DNA of 64,000 nt, from assembly GCA_965644295.1 (NCBI GenBank), contig CBFFRP010000380.1:1-64000 (forward strand), written 5' to 3'. This document shows, piece by piece, positions 50,720 to 62,300 of this stretch. The DNA comes from Paraphysomonas bandaiensis (taxonomy: Eukaryota > Protista > Chrysophyceae). A model generated the notes under the pieces. That model was not told where the DNA came from and made no database searches. It was given only the letters and a program-made list of their open reading frames with translations. How positions within the stretch are numbered: position 1 is the first letter of the stretch; every line of letters starts with the position of its first letter. Made by a program: the position numbers and the translations under genes.

Positions 50720-51010
50720 TGCGGTATTTAACCAGGGGTAGTCCATTCTACAAGAAGAAGTGACTGTGTATTCAATAATTCAGAGTGAGTATCAAGCCAT
50801 GTATGCTGGTATGTGCAGGAACTGGTGTTGCTTCGTTTTTTTTTGGCCACACTGTGATTTCGACTGTGTACACCCACTCCATTGCCCTAGATAGCCGGAG
50901 TGCTCGTGACTTGCGCTGAATACGGTATTCCATAAGCGTTCAAAACATATCGATACTATATCATATTGGAATAGATGCTCTAAATGCGAATATATTTACA
51001 AAATATTATG
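50720..51010 (+). pseudogene. Decayed copia RNase H fragment (different family from 20159-25897)
   Basis: Frameshifted SEYQAMYAGM..QELV.LR..PTP..DS.SARDL..VFHKRSKHIDT. Confidence 0.7.
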
Positions 51011-51358
51011 AAATTTTGTATGGTGTGATTATGAAAAAAGTATAGAAAGAGATGTCTGAGGTGTGAGGATTAGAAGCAGTCAGCGGAGGTCGTCAGAGAA
51101 TATTCGCGTAAACGACGTGGAAGGAAGGTCATAACAGTTGTGACAGTTTGGTGAGACTAGTTAAAATATCGACGTTTTATGGCCACCAGTTTGTCCTAGA
51201 TGGTATCTTTTAGTTATGTCTCTTGTTTTGAAGAATCTACTGTTAATGTTTTTATCAATTGCAATATCGAGCAATTGCATTTTTATTAAGTGATTGAATT
51301 ATAACCGCTTTACTATTAAGAAGGAATGCAGTGGTTGTAAACAGCAGTACTACATGAA

Positions 51359-52125
51359 CTCCCACAAGAAAGTCGAACTCGCACCTTTTTGTGGTGTTCT
51401 GGGGGATAATTACCGGAGATATTTCTCCAGGGAAACTAACGTGAGCCACATATATACTCAGCAGAAAAGTTCTGCCCATTCATAGCCAAATACTTGTGTA
51501 GACATCTTTTTTGAGCTTTGACAAGTAACACCCATCCGAGAATGGGACCACCTCAAGGCGCCTGGGGTATTGGGCTGCTTGCTGAAGACAAGCTCCTCGC
51601 TGTTCCACCTTAAGGACTCAAAACTTCTGAAGTCAACAGATGTCAGGTATATCAACATTTTCTTGCTCACTGCTTTTGCTTTGAGTGATAGAGCGAAAGT
51701 GATAGGATATCAGAGTTATTATTAATATTGTACTGTAACTTGTATTTGTATCTGCGAGGTTAAATATAAAGAATAATAGTTGTTATTAGAAGTATATATT
51801 GCGTTAAAAAAGTAGCCCCTGCTACTCTGTTTTGTAATATCACATTCTCATATAGTTGCATTTTTGCCTCTCTTAAACGCCTATTGCAAACAATAAGACT
51901 AGCACTACCATTACATACATAAACTAGCAAATGATGTGTTACAAATTATTTTAGTGAAAGTGGCATACTTTGACTGTATATGATCTAGATTATATATAAG
52001 ATCTGGTAATATCGTAGCGCTAAATAGTAGGATATCAGAGTTACGCACTAGTTAGTTAAATTGTTTTACTACTCCAGATCTGCCTCCTACATGCCTAATG
52101 CTAATAATAAGACATTCACTACTAC
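51359..52125 (+). mobile_element. SINE-like copy (51359-~51717) plus separate tail fragments (~51870-51910, ~52011-52125)
   Basis: Same head and body as the other copies; the last fragment ends GACATTCACTACTAC. Confidence 0.7.
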
Positions 52126-52532
52126 GATCTGTTGATTGGTAGCAGTGACGATGTAATTTCATTGAGTGTAGTATGTAAAACTATTCTACGCATGCCAGGC
52201 TGATATAAAGTTTAACCATTCTGATGTCGATATAAGTACTTTACTATTTAAAGCTCTACTTCTACTGCATTGATCAAGTCGTGATACAAGCAGCAGGAAG
52301 CGTACACGATTCAATACCTGTGTTGCTTGAAATACATGAATACCCATCTCTCCGTCGAGACTTGATGTCAATTTGAAAAAAACGCATTTCGTTCACCTCA
52401 ACCACAACAACCGTCATTGGCATGTGTAGTACTATCTTTCTATATTTATTAAGTCAATCAATCACCTTGAGTACTCTTTTCTATATTTATATATCTTTTA
52501 TAGTGTAATATAACGCCCACATGTAGCGTTTC

Positions 52533-55114
52533 CTAATTTTTTCCATCAAACGATACCTCATCTTTCCTGCGGGAAGAGAAGGGTAACACCATGAATAAAA
52601 AGAACAAAGAGCCAATAAACTGGACTATAGTTGGAAAGAATATCATAAGCATTACGGCGAACTGGGCATCGTCACCCAACTGTGTACAAAACACATATGT
52701 AAGGACACAGTTAACGGTCACTAAGGCAACATTGAAATACTTCACGCTACATTTCATGCTGTTTTCTCGGCTGGAGTCGATTGCACCGTCCCGAGCAGTT
52801 TCTCTGTTTCCCCATGTTGTGTCCCACAATCGCGCAAAAGCGTATGATGGTATATATACCAGGAAAAAGGCTGAGAGTAATAAGAACCAAGGCAAGTAGC
52901 ATAAGTAAAGAACAGCCGAGGTCATACTCTGTGCACTCCCAATAATGATAGGACCAATCACAGTGAGGGCCACCACAATGTGTATAGCACCCATGCTGGC
53001 AGCTGCCGAGGCGATGACGGCAATGTATACCGGAAGTACAGCTATCATGCCAAATAGAGCAACCAGCACACAAACACCTTCGTGAATTCTCCCTTTCTGC
53101 AAATAACGCATCACACAAATTACGGGAAAACTTTTTAAAAGGCTTTAACTGACCTCAGCAGTATAAGAAAGAAAAACCCACATCACATATACTGTGCTCG
53201 TAATCATGACTACAACAGTTGATACATCGATACACCCGACACCCTCTAGGTTGATCACCTCCTCCCTTCCCCATGAAAGGAGGGTAGTAAAGCGACTACC
53301 ACTGTACAGGCTTCGTTGCAGGGCCGCATTAAAAACAGCTGGCGATAAAAGTGCAAGAATAAATTGAAAAAGGTTCAGCCCCCACAAGAGATTCACCAGT
53401 CGAGGATTCTTTCCAGCTTTATATGTATCGAAGAAGCCGCCAAATACCCGTAGTCTGGCACGCTTAGAAGTGAAAAAATAAAGAAGACTTGCCACAGTTC
53501 CATTTATCCATCTACGTCTACAGTTTGAAGAGAAATTAATGCATACACAGAAAAAGGAATTGGATGTAGCTTGCACACCTCTGAGTAAGAAGAGAACTGA
53601 AGCAAACTTCCGGCTCATAGTAAAAGGTAGATCCAGGTATCCACTGAAGAAATATTTCTCACACACAAGCATACACACATAAAATCACCAACCTTTGTTC
53701 CAAATCCAGTGGAAAATACAGATACAAAGGAGAGAACTCTGTCCTCCGCGAGTCTCATATTCACCCTCAAAAACTCCGTCAGTGAGACAGATGAACTTTG
53801 CTGTGCAGGAGGAGTGGCGGCAACAGATGACCGCATTACCAGCGCATCTATGTCGATATCGTCATCGTCTTCTGACTCACTTCGTGTGCACGAGCGGGCG
53901 TGGATAGGAGAGACGGAGGGAATTGGGCTTGGCATGCTACTTGACTCTGAACTAAAGCTATTTCGTGACCGACGGTAGCCCACTGGCAAAGGTCTCTCTT
54001 TGATATAATTTTCGCCCGGAGTTTCCGAATCCTCATTAAAAAGTAAATCAAAATACTCTTCAACAACTCGATTGGCTCTCATTTTAGGCCAGTCAAGTAG
54101 CTGACAAGGTCCTGGGAGGACAGGAAGAGCTTCAACAAGATTGAACATAGATGACGTCAAGATCAATGAGGCCTCATACTCAAAGCCTTGTAGTGGTGCT
54201 GGGGAGAGAAGAAAGGATGCCCAACACTTCCAACAGGGCTTCGAGCCGATACCTTGATGTCTGTTATGTGAGCGTAAAAATGGGAGTTTTGTGAGCTCAC
54301 AAGGATGAAAATTCGTGCATGGGGTTTCTACTCTTTGACGAGCGGTAACACCGATGAGATCTTGACGACAGCGAATAGCATACACAAGGCGAGCCAGGCA
54401 CGTCTCTTTGTAGGTAGTGCTACAATCAGTGAGAAAAACAAGAGAAGCATTTAAGCCTGCACATATGCCTTGAAAGAACCAATGATGAGAGTTGTGTTTT
54501 CTATGGTTGTTTCTCTTAATTATTGGAACCAATTGGAAGTGAAGATAAGACTGGGCACTCGATTCTCTTGTTGACATTTCAATATCATGCTTGGATCCGC
54601 TCAATGAGTCTGTTCTTCGCGATGGAATGTCGCCGGTACGCAAAGTATCCCAGCAGTAGTACCACCATCGAGATGAGCATACACGCACTTCACATTTAGT
54701 TGATTCACTTGAACCATTCATGTCATCCAATACATTCTCAAAATCATGTGTAAGCCAAGTTGTTACACTTGGATGCATTGCACTCACACCATCAAATACA
54801 GGTACAATAATAGGTACAAGATCATGAAAATCATCCTTTAATTTCCTTCCAAGATCATCATTATTAAATCTTGTTTTATTTTTCATAAAATCAACATTTT
54901 CCATAATGGATGCAATAGTTTTCATAAGATCGTATGAGGTTTCGTTGTAGCATGGTATACATATACATAAAAATTTCTTATTATCGTGTTGTGATTTTAT
55001 GATTTTACAAATTTTTTTACATACTTGACCTAAACATTCTTTACCCAATACATCTTCATAGGAGAAGTCCTCGATATCGATCGGACGATCGAGAGGACCT
55101 AATACACCATCCAT
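52533..55114 (-). CDS. CHS: Chitin synthase (GT2), multi-exon
   Basis: ICIPCYNE, RKHNSHHWFF, FLTDCST, LQGFEY, VLPGPC, LAEDRVL; QR|RRWINGT completed across an intron; C-terminal TMs and WDTTWGNR. Confidence 0.92.
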
Positions 55115-55150
55115 CAGAGAGAAGATATTATATGAGTAGATATTGCAGAG

Positions 55151-55596
55151 GTATGTATGTATGTATGTATGTATGTATGTATGTATGTATGTATGTATGT
55201 ATGTATGTATGTATGTATGTATGTATGTATGTATGTATGTATGTATGTATGTATGTATGTATGTATGTATGTATGTATGTATGTATGTATGTATGTATGT
55301 ATGTATGTATGTATGTATGTATGTATGTATGTATGTATGTATGTATGTATGTATGTATGTATGTATGTATGTATGTATGTATGTATGTATGTATGTATGT
55401 ATGCATGTATGTATGTATGTATGTATGTATGTATGTATGTATGTATGTATGTATGTATGTATGTATGTATGTATGTATGTATGTATGTATGTATGTATGT
55501 ATGTATGTATGTATGTATGTATGTATGTATGTATGTATGTATGTATGTATGTATGTATGCATGTATGTATGTATGTATGTATGTATGTATGTATGT
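55151..55596. repeat. (GTAT)n microsatellite, about 111 units
   Basis: Pure array except two GCAT variants near 55404 and 55560. Confidence 0.99.
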
Positions 55597-55649
55597 TGAC
55601 TCAAATCCTCTCATCAAAATATTTCATAACACTCTCCCATAAGACATAC

Positions 55650-57365
55650 ATGATGGAGCCCGACCCACCAAGCGATACTTCATGGGTCCCTACCCCTGTA
55701 TCATGGCCTCGAGAACGAGGGGTGAATCTGGAAGATCATGGCCGGACAGCAGTGTCAGAGAGCAGACATGACTATGTCGACAAGCACCTTAAGTGGCTAT
55801 ATGATAACGGGACCATTTTAAGTACATCTATTAAATTAGTCATTGATGAAAATGGTAGTTCGAAGTTTCTTGCTAGTCGGTTTATCCCATCTGCCACTAT
55901 AGTCCTTCAAGTACCCTCTTCTCTGGACATATCAATGGCATCACTGCTTAAGGAGATATCACCACAAGAGAAGTGGATTGATTGCTTACGATCGAGTCGA
56001 GATAATTATCTAAGAGGGAAAAATGTAGTGTCCAAATTTCATATTGAAGCGGTAGCAAGTGATATAGAGTTCGCTGTAGCAATAATTGGAGCTCTCCATA
56101 AAATCAGAACTTCCACAACTCGGAGTTTCACATTGAAGTTATTCGAAAAGTATTGGCAATCTTTGCCATTCTCTTTTGATAATGTTTTGTTTTCGTGGTC
56201 GGAGAGTGACCTGGACATAATGAAATGCACATCATTTTACAAGAATTGTTATCACAACATAAAATCGCTGACTGTAGAGCTCTTCGAGAATGTTGTTCAT
56301 CCGTTTATTAATGAGCACCCGTCTTTGTTTGGTGACGATGTGGATCTCACTTATTTTGTGAAGGTAATAGATGCCATCAAGTCTCGCAGCTTTATTGGTC
56401 ATAAGTTTCACCCTATTGTCGACCTCATGAATGGCTTACCCTGTCAGAAGCATAACTGCTTTACGTACAGCACTGTGTTGGGCAATTCATACGTTCAGGT
56501 GGCACAGACATCCCGAGATATAAATGCAAACGAGGAAATATTCTTATCGTATGCGCAAAAAGGCAACAGTGACTATCTGCTTTCGTACGATCATATACCA
56601 CTGCAAAGAGATGTTGTACTCGACAATGATAACACAGCTTTCTATATGAACTTCGGCGATTTCGTGGAGTCAGAACTTCAAAACGCATGTCCCTCCAACT
56701 CCAGTATTCGCACCCAGGTATCGACGTTTATCAAGAACACTGTGCGCATCCCGGATTTCATGGGGCTCCAGCTGCAAGCCATTCGATCGGACCAGAGATA
56801 TATAGAGAGCATCAAGTTATGTCTGAGCGTGCTGCTGATAGACGAGAAATGTTGGGCGAGTCAGAACGCAGCCGATATTGAGGCTTCTAGGACAGGAAAG
56901 CCCGAAGCTTTGATTCGCCTGTTTATAAAGTTCATAGAACGAAACGTGACTGTGATACCACTGTCCACCCTCCGTCAAACCCTGTTTAGTGTGTCTGATG
57001 GGGACCCTGGTTCTAGGCACACTCTCTCTGCCGTCCTCCTGTACATATCTGAAATGGTTATTGTGGACACTCTTTGTACGCATATGACCAACCTCTTTCC
57101 ACCTGGTTTCTTGCCCTCTGCCCTTTGGCTTATGGGACACCTCATGTGCACTGCCGAACTGACTGCACTACTGGACGAGTATGTGGCCCACATAGCTTCC
57201 TCCCGTCCACCTGCTATTCTATGTGCCCGGTGCGGATCATCCGATTCATCTTGCATGAAGTGTAGTCGATGTAAGGCAGTGTATTACTGCAATCGAGAAT
57301 GTCAGTCGAAGCATTGGGCGTATCACAAGAAGCACTGTTCCGCTGTATGCATGCCAAGCAAGTGA
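55650..57365 (+). CDS. SET-domain (RuBisCO LSMT/SETD3-like) protein with C-terminal MYND zinc finger, intronless
   Basis: YWQSLP...WSESDL, SRSF..PIVDLMN, RDINANEEIFLSY, LLSY; MYND CARC..CSRCKAVYYCNRECQSKHWAYHKKHC. The N-terminal YVCM repeat in the ORF track is the microsatellite. Confidence 0.85.
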   Translation: MMEPDPPSDTSWVPTPVSWPRERGVNLEDHGRTAVSESRHDYVDKHLKWLYDNGTILSTSIKLVIDENGSSKFLASRFIPSATIVLQVPSSLDISMASLLKEISPQEKWIDCLRSSRDNYLRGKNVVSKFHIEAVASDIEFAVAIIGALHKIRTSTTRSFTLKLFEKYWQSLPFSFDNVLFSWSESDLDIMKCTSFYKNCYHNIKSLTVELFENVVHPFINEHPSLFGDDVDLTYFVKVIDAIKSRSFIGHKFHPIVDLMNGLPCQKHNCFTYSTVLGNSYVQVAQTSRDINANEEIFLSYAQKGNSDYLLSYDHIPLQRDVVLDNDNTAFYMNFGDFVESELQNACPSNSSIRTQVSTFIKNTVRIPDFMGLQLQAIRSDQRYIESIKLCLSVLLIDEKCWASQNAADIEASRTGKPEALIRLFIKFIERNVTVIPLSTLRQTLFSVSDGDPGSRHTLSAVLLYISEMVIVDTLCTHMTNLFPPGFLPSALWLMGHLMCTAELTALLDEYVAHIASSRPPAILCARCGSSDSSCMKCSRCKAVYYCNRECQSKHWAYHKKHCSAVCMPSK

Positions 57366-59340
57366 CGCTCTGCTGTTTTTTGACATCAACCTGATCATCT
57401 GGTATTGGATTCGATGCAGTTGCTAATGAGTCTGTGTGGGTTGTAGCTCAGGATTTAGTCAACTCATCATAAATAATTGCATAATTATCAACTATGGTAG
57501 ATATTTTTTGCTTCCATCTACTTCCACAATTGGTACTTGTTACACCTTGTGACAATGACAATGCATTGTTAATGTGCGACTATGACAGATAAGACTACTA
57601 GCAGGAAAATGAAGTCACACGTACTGAACACTTGCCGAAACAAAGAAATCATGAATTAAGATATTTCTAAAAACACAGACGAATCGTTAGATTAAGTGGT
57701 GTTTCCACTACAATCGCTATATATTAATTTTTTCTTAAAATCTAATAACAAATAATGTTGTAATTAAAGGATTCTGGTTGATATCGGCCGTCAATAGTGG
57801 TGTTGTTGTCAATACATTGACGAGGTAACTGAATCAGTGGTGCCAAGGTCCAGTTATTTTTCATGTTTTCCGGAACGATGATTAAGGTAAAAGAGCTTGA
57901 TCATAATATTGCATTTCACAAAAGACTCAAGTATTGCCATTTTAATCTGATCTTTTGTTTTCATAGTTCAAGAACTTTCCTGATAATGGTTTCGCTACCG
58001 TTTCAGTGCCGCATCACACACTCCACGACGACGACGAAAAATATTGTTGTGGTGTGTATGTCATCCTGTTGAGGCCCTCTTTCCCGCTAATCGTCATTTT
58101 ATTTGTTGAGGGCCTCTATAGCTATTGGAGGCATTAACTCATAGAACAAAGCCGAAGTAAGGCACCGTCTGGCACTAGCTGCTGCGGGTCTTGTTCATGA
58201 CGTGAACGGCATTCATGAAGATCCACAGCGGGTAGAGTGACCCAATGTGGTCCACCACTATTCGCGATACGAAGACAGAAAGCATATGCTCATTATTTGG
58301 TTGTCCTATCGGATGGATGATTGTATAATGAAAGGCTCAGTCCTTGCATTATTTCTTGATCTCGAACCATACACTATAGAGATTGATTTGATTATTATGC
58401 CTCATGCTTATTAGTTTTGTCCTAGCACAGCGCTAGAAAGTACTGACCATAGATAATTGTTCACCTCGTTGTAGTAGTAGCGTAAGTGTTCAACGCATAT
58501 ATTGCGCCAATACTAGTTGTCTTCGTCGGATTCAAAAAGAACAGGTTGGTCTGGCATAGTGCTTATAAGGATGCTTACAACATTTTGCAAAGTCACTATT
58601 ATTTATTCTTTATTTATTACATTGAGCGTTTAGCACTAAGAGGAAGCATGATGTCTTTTCGTGAATCCGAAGAGTTGGAGTTGGTTATATCGTAACTTGT
58701 AAATTCAGAAGTTATCCGCTATTAAACAAAAACTGTATGCAACCAAAGGTAGTTGATGTTGGGTTTGTAATAATTATTATTGCTCTAAGAGTGAAGCCTT
58801 TGTAGTAAGAACAAGGCCTACCATTAAATATCATTATACAAATCACGAAAACTCATCATATACAAGCATATATTGTGCAGGCGCAGATCTTATATATAGC
58901 CAGCAGCCAGCTATATTTCATTTGACTAATATTTCAATATGTACGTATCGTGTTCACTTATGTGGTGTGTCATATGGTCTACGTAAGTAGTGATTCTTAG
59001 TAGATAGACTGAAGTGTCGTCAGTAATCAATGGACAAAAGTTGTAATGCACGACGGTTACTATTTCGGTCAAAGAGCTATGTTTACTTATTTGTCTTCCT
59101 TGATAAAGTTAGTCATGTCAATTACTAGATGATGAAATCCTTCATCTTCAAGTATTGGCATGCTTCTATGAATATGAAATATGATATACATAACACTCCA
59201 AACTAACGTCAGTCAATAATGCACAAGTTTTTCAGTACTTATTTACAACTATCAAGTCATTAATTGTCAAACTAAACATATATTGAGTAAACTTTTATAT
59301 TGCACAATAAACTCTACGTCTGCACAAAGCAGAACAATAT

Positions 59341-62300
59341 TCAGGGACCTGGAGGTATGTTTTTTAACATGTCCCGAGCTTCTAGCAGGATAGCTCTGAC
59401 TTTGTCTGCATCAACTAGTGCAGGTGTAAACCTTATTTCGATAGTATTTTCCGTACATTCAGTCTCTGGTAGCGATTTCACTTGAAATATGAGTTTACAC
59501 CCAGTCGATAGATAGGACATGCCAAGCGATTGCTGAAGAGTGGAGAGTACAGACCGCCCTGGCGTATGGGTAGTACTTGGAGATGCGACAGCCTCTCTAC
59601 TCGGCGCATTCTTGGTTGGTGTTTCTGTTTTGTCCGCTTCTGCTCCTTTGGCGGGACCGCATAAGGAGGCACTCTCTAGGTCTTTCAAGGGGTAAAGTTC
59701 TCTTCGCCTGGTGCCACCCATTACACCTCGGGAGGCTACGCCGATCCAATTCCCAGTCAGATAAAGAAAACCTGGCATTCCTACCACATCTGCGGGAGAA
59801 TAACATACCAGACAAGCGCAATAATAGAGTACGATCTCCTCTGACAGTGCTGGAGAATTTAAATTCACTTCCGCAATTAAATCCTTTGTTTTAACTTCGG
59901 TTTTGTTTATAGTGCTATCTTGAGAAGGTAATTCCTCGATCGCAGCACTTTCTCCCTTACTGGATTCAGGCGGAGTACTAACACCAGACACGGAAGCCTT
60001 CTTTCCTCCAAACCATCCAGAAAACCATGAACCTTGCCCACCTGCCCCACTGTCATTAGTAGCACGAGGGCTAGAAGAGGAAGACACGACTGATTCCTGT
60101 TGCTTGTCGGAGTGTCTGGATATCGCAGTTCCCATAGTTCCTACAGGAAGTACACCAGCAAATGTGGTGTGGAAAGATCGCGACAGCGCTGACGCCTGTA
60201 GGGTTATCAGTATATGTATATGTCTCTTTGTGTACATTATGTACCTTTGCTTGTGGGCTGTGGAGAAGGTGTACCAACAAAGCCCGTCGGCGGTTGCATA
60301 TGTTCTGAACAGTTTCCACAGTCACCTCGTTGCGACAGCTGAGTCTATCAGTGAGCTCCTCATCACACCTTATCATTGTCAAACCTATTAGAACGTACTC
60401 CACACGGAATTGCAGTACTATACCTCTTTTGGTACATATTGCTGATGTCTTCCATCTCCAACAGACAACGCCCGATGCCTCCGCCAATGAACTCAAAGTC
60501 CTTTTGGCCCCTGCGCCCACTGGTAATGGCCGCATCTATATCGACTTCTCCGTCTATATCTATTCCATCGCTATCTCCCATACTACTCGTGGCCTCGATA
60601 TCACTGTCATCGTGAAAGAGTGGGGGTTCCATCCCGATATCATTGCTTAACAGCTGCGGGCTTGGTGTCTGAATATGACTATCCTTCAACTGGACGTTAG
60701 AAACTGAGGCAAAAACTTCCACATCAGGTGGAGGAATATCAGTTGAGAGAGATGGGTGGGTGGGTAGCGGGTCTCCCTTGGATGGAAGAGGCACTCCGTG
60801 TTGCCTATGACACCGTCACAATTATTACCAAAATCAACTACACATACTTGTATATCGACGCCAAAGTTGTCTTCATTGCTTCACATCGCTCCTCAACCCC
60901 AGCTATATGGGCCTGCATCTCATCCGCTCCCTTGCGTATACTGGCCCACATGAGGTCTCTAAGTAGTCCCTCTACGAGCGAGACATAATGTGGATCTAAA
61001 GGGATTGTAACAGCAGACCCCTTGAGACTGTACAAGCAGCTCAGTGACAGCAGGTACCGAGTAAAAACTCGCTGAAAAGCAGAACAACACAGAGATAGTA
61101 TTACGCAGACTTCATAGCTGGAGGTAGTTACGCACCTGGAAGACAGATATAATATGAGCAGGCGGAGGAGCCTCAGTAGCAACAGGAGAGAAGCGTGTGA
61201 GGGGAAGTGCGGCTGCGGAGTGTAAGAGAGAAGGGGGAGACGTAGTTGCGGTGAATACTTTGTGTTTTCCTTTACTGGTATTGCTATTCGGAGTACTTGT
61301 AGGGGCAGCACCGCGGCGTAAGGGGACCGGTGTGAGGCGAACAAACTGACATACCAACACGCGTTGCTTGAGAGCTCTAGACAAACATACCTGCGATACA
61401 ATACATACTAGCGCATCACAATAATAGAACTATGGACAGCAAGTATATACCTGCACATCTATGGCATCCCAGCCGGTGGGCTCATCAGCGGCCTCTACCC
61501 GCCTTGCTGGCTTTTGTTGTCTACATCTTACCACAGCGTGTCCACTACAACCGTCAGTGCCATGAGGACGCACTCGTTTGACTTGCCCTCTTGTTGTTTC
61601 CCCCACTTCCTCGTCGTCATCTGGGTGGGAAACCTCTTCAAACCTGCAGCCACCATATATGACTTGACGTGTTCAACACACCGCAAACACAACAAAAACA
61701 ACAAACACCGTAAACAGAATAGAAGACACTGATGACAGTATAATGTATTATAAAAACATCGAAGAGGAATCCATGACTGCAAAAAGCATTCGGCTACTAT
61801 ACATTTCAACACGGCAGCAACTAAGGCTTAACGCAACAGTAACACACAGTCGTAAAGGTATGGTACACTTGTGCTATAAATGAATCTCCAGATACCATAC
61901 TAGTGTTGCCATTTTTTAGAACAGCATTACACAATAAAGTAGATCGTACAGAACTATGTACTGTACGACAGTTAACTTTCTCACCTTAGCCTCTCCACAC
62001 TCGCCACCTTGGCCACTCCAGCTATAATGACTTTAAGTGGAGTGTCAGGGCGGAGAATTACCTCTAGTATATGCACAATACTGGCAGTATGACCCACTAA
62101 GCTGTGTGAACCTAGACCCGATAACGCAGGTCGTAAACCGAAGTAGCTACTGAGGATATCCTGTGCCTTGTCGCCTTCATCGACAGGCAACAGAGACCAA
62201 TCGGAATAGTCACCCAGTATGTGCCCATCCACGGGTAGAACAGGAGTAGACGTGGGAAGTGATTCCTGTACGCTCATTGTATTAAGACTCCCTCCAAAGC

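Noticed and set aside
55114-55642. YIHT and YVCM repeat ORFs
   Set aside because: Translations of the (TATG)n microsatellite, which has no stop codon in any frame.
57400-59300. Possible decayed coding or transposon sequence between SET-MYND and the last gene
   Set aside because: Only short ORFs; no recognisable motifs, TIRs or TSDs.
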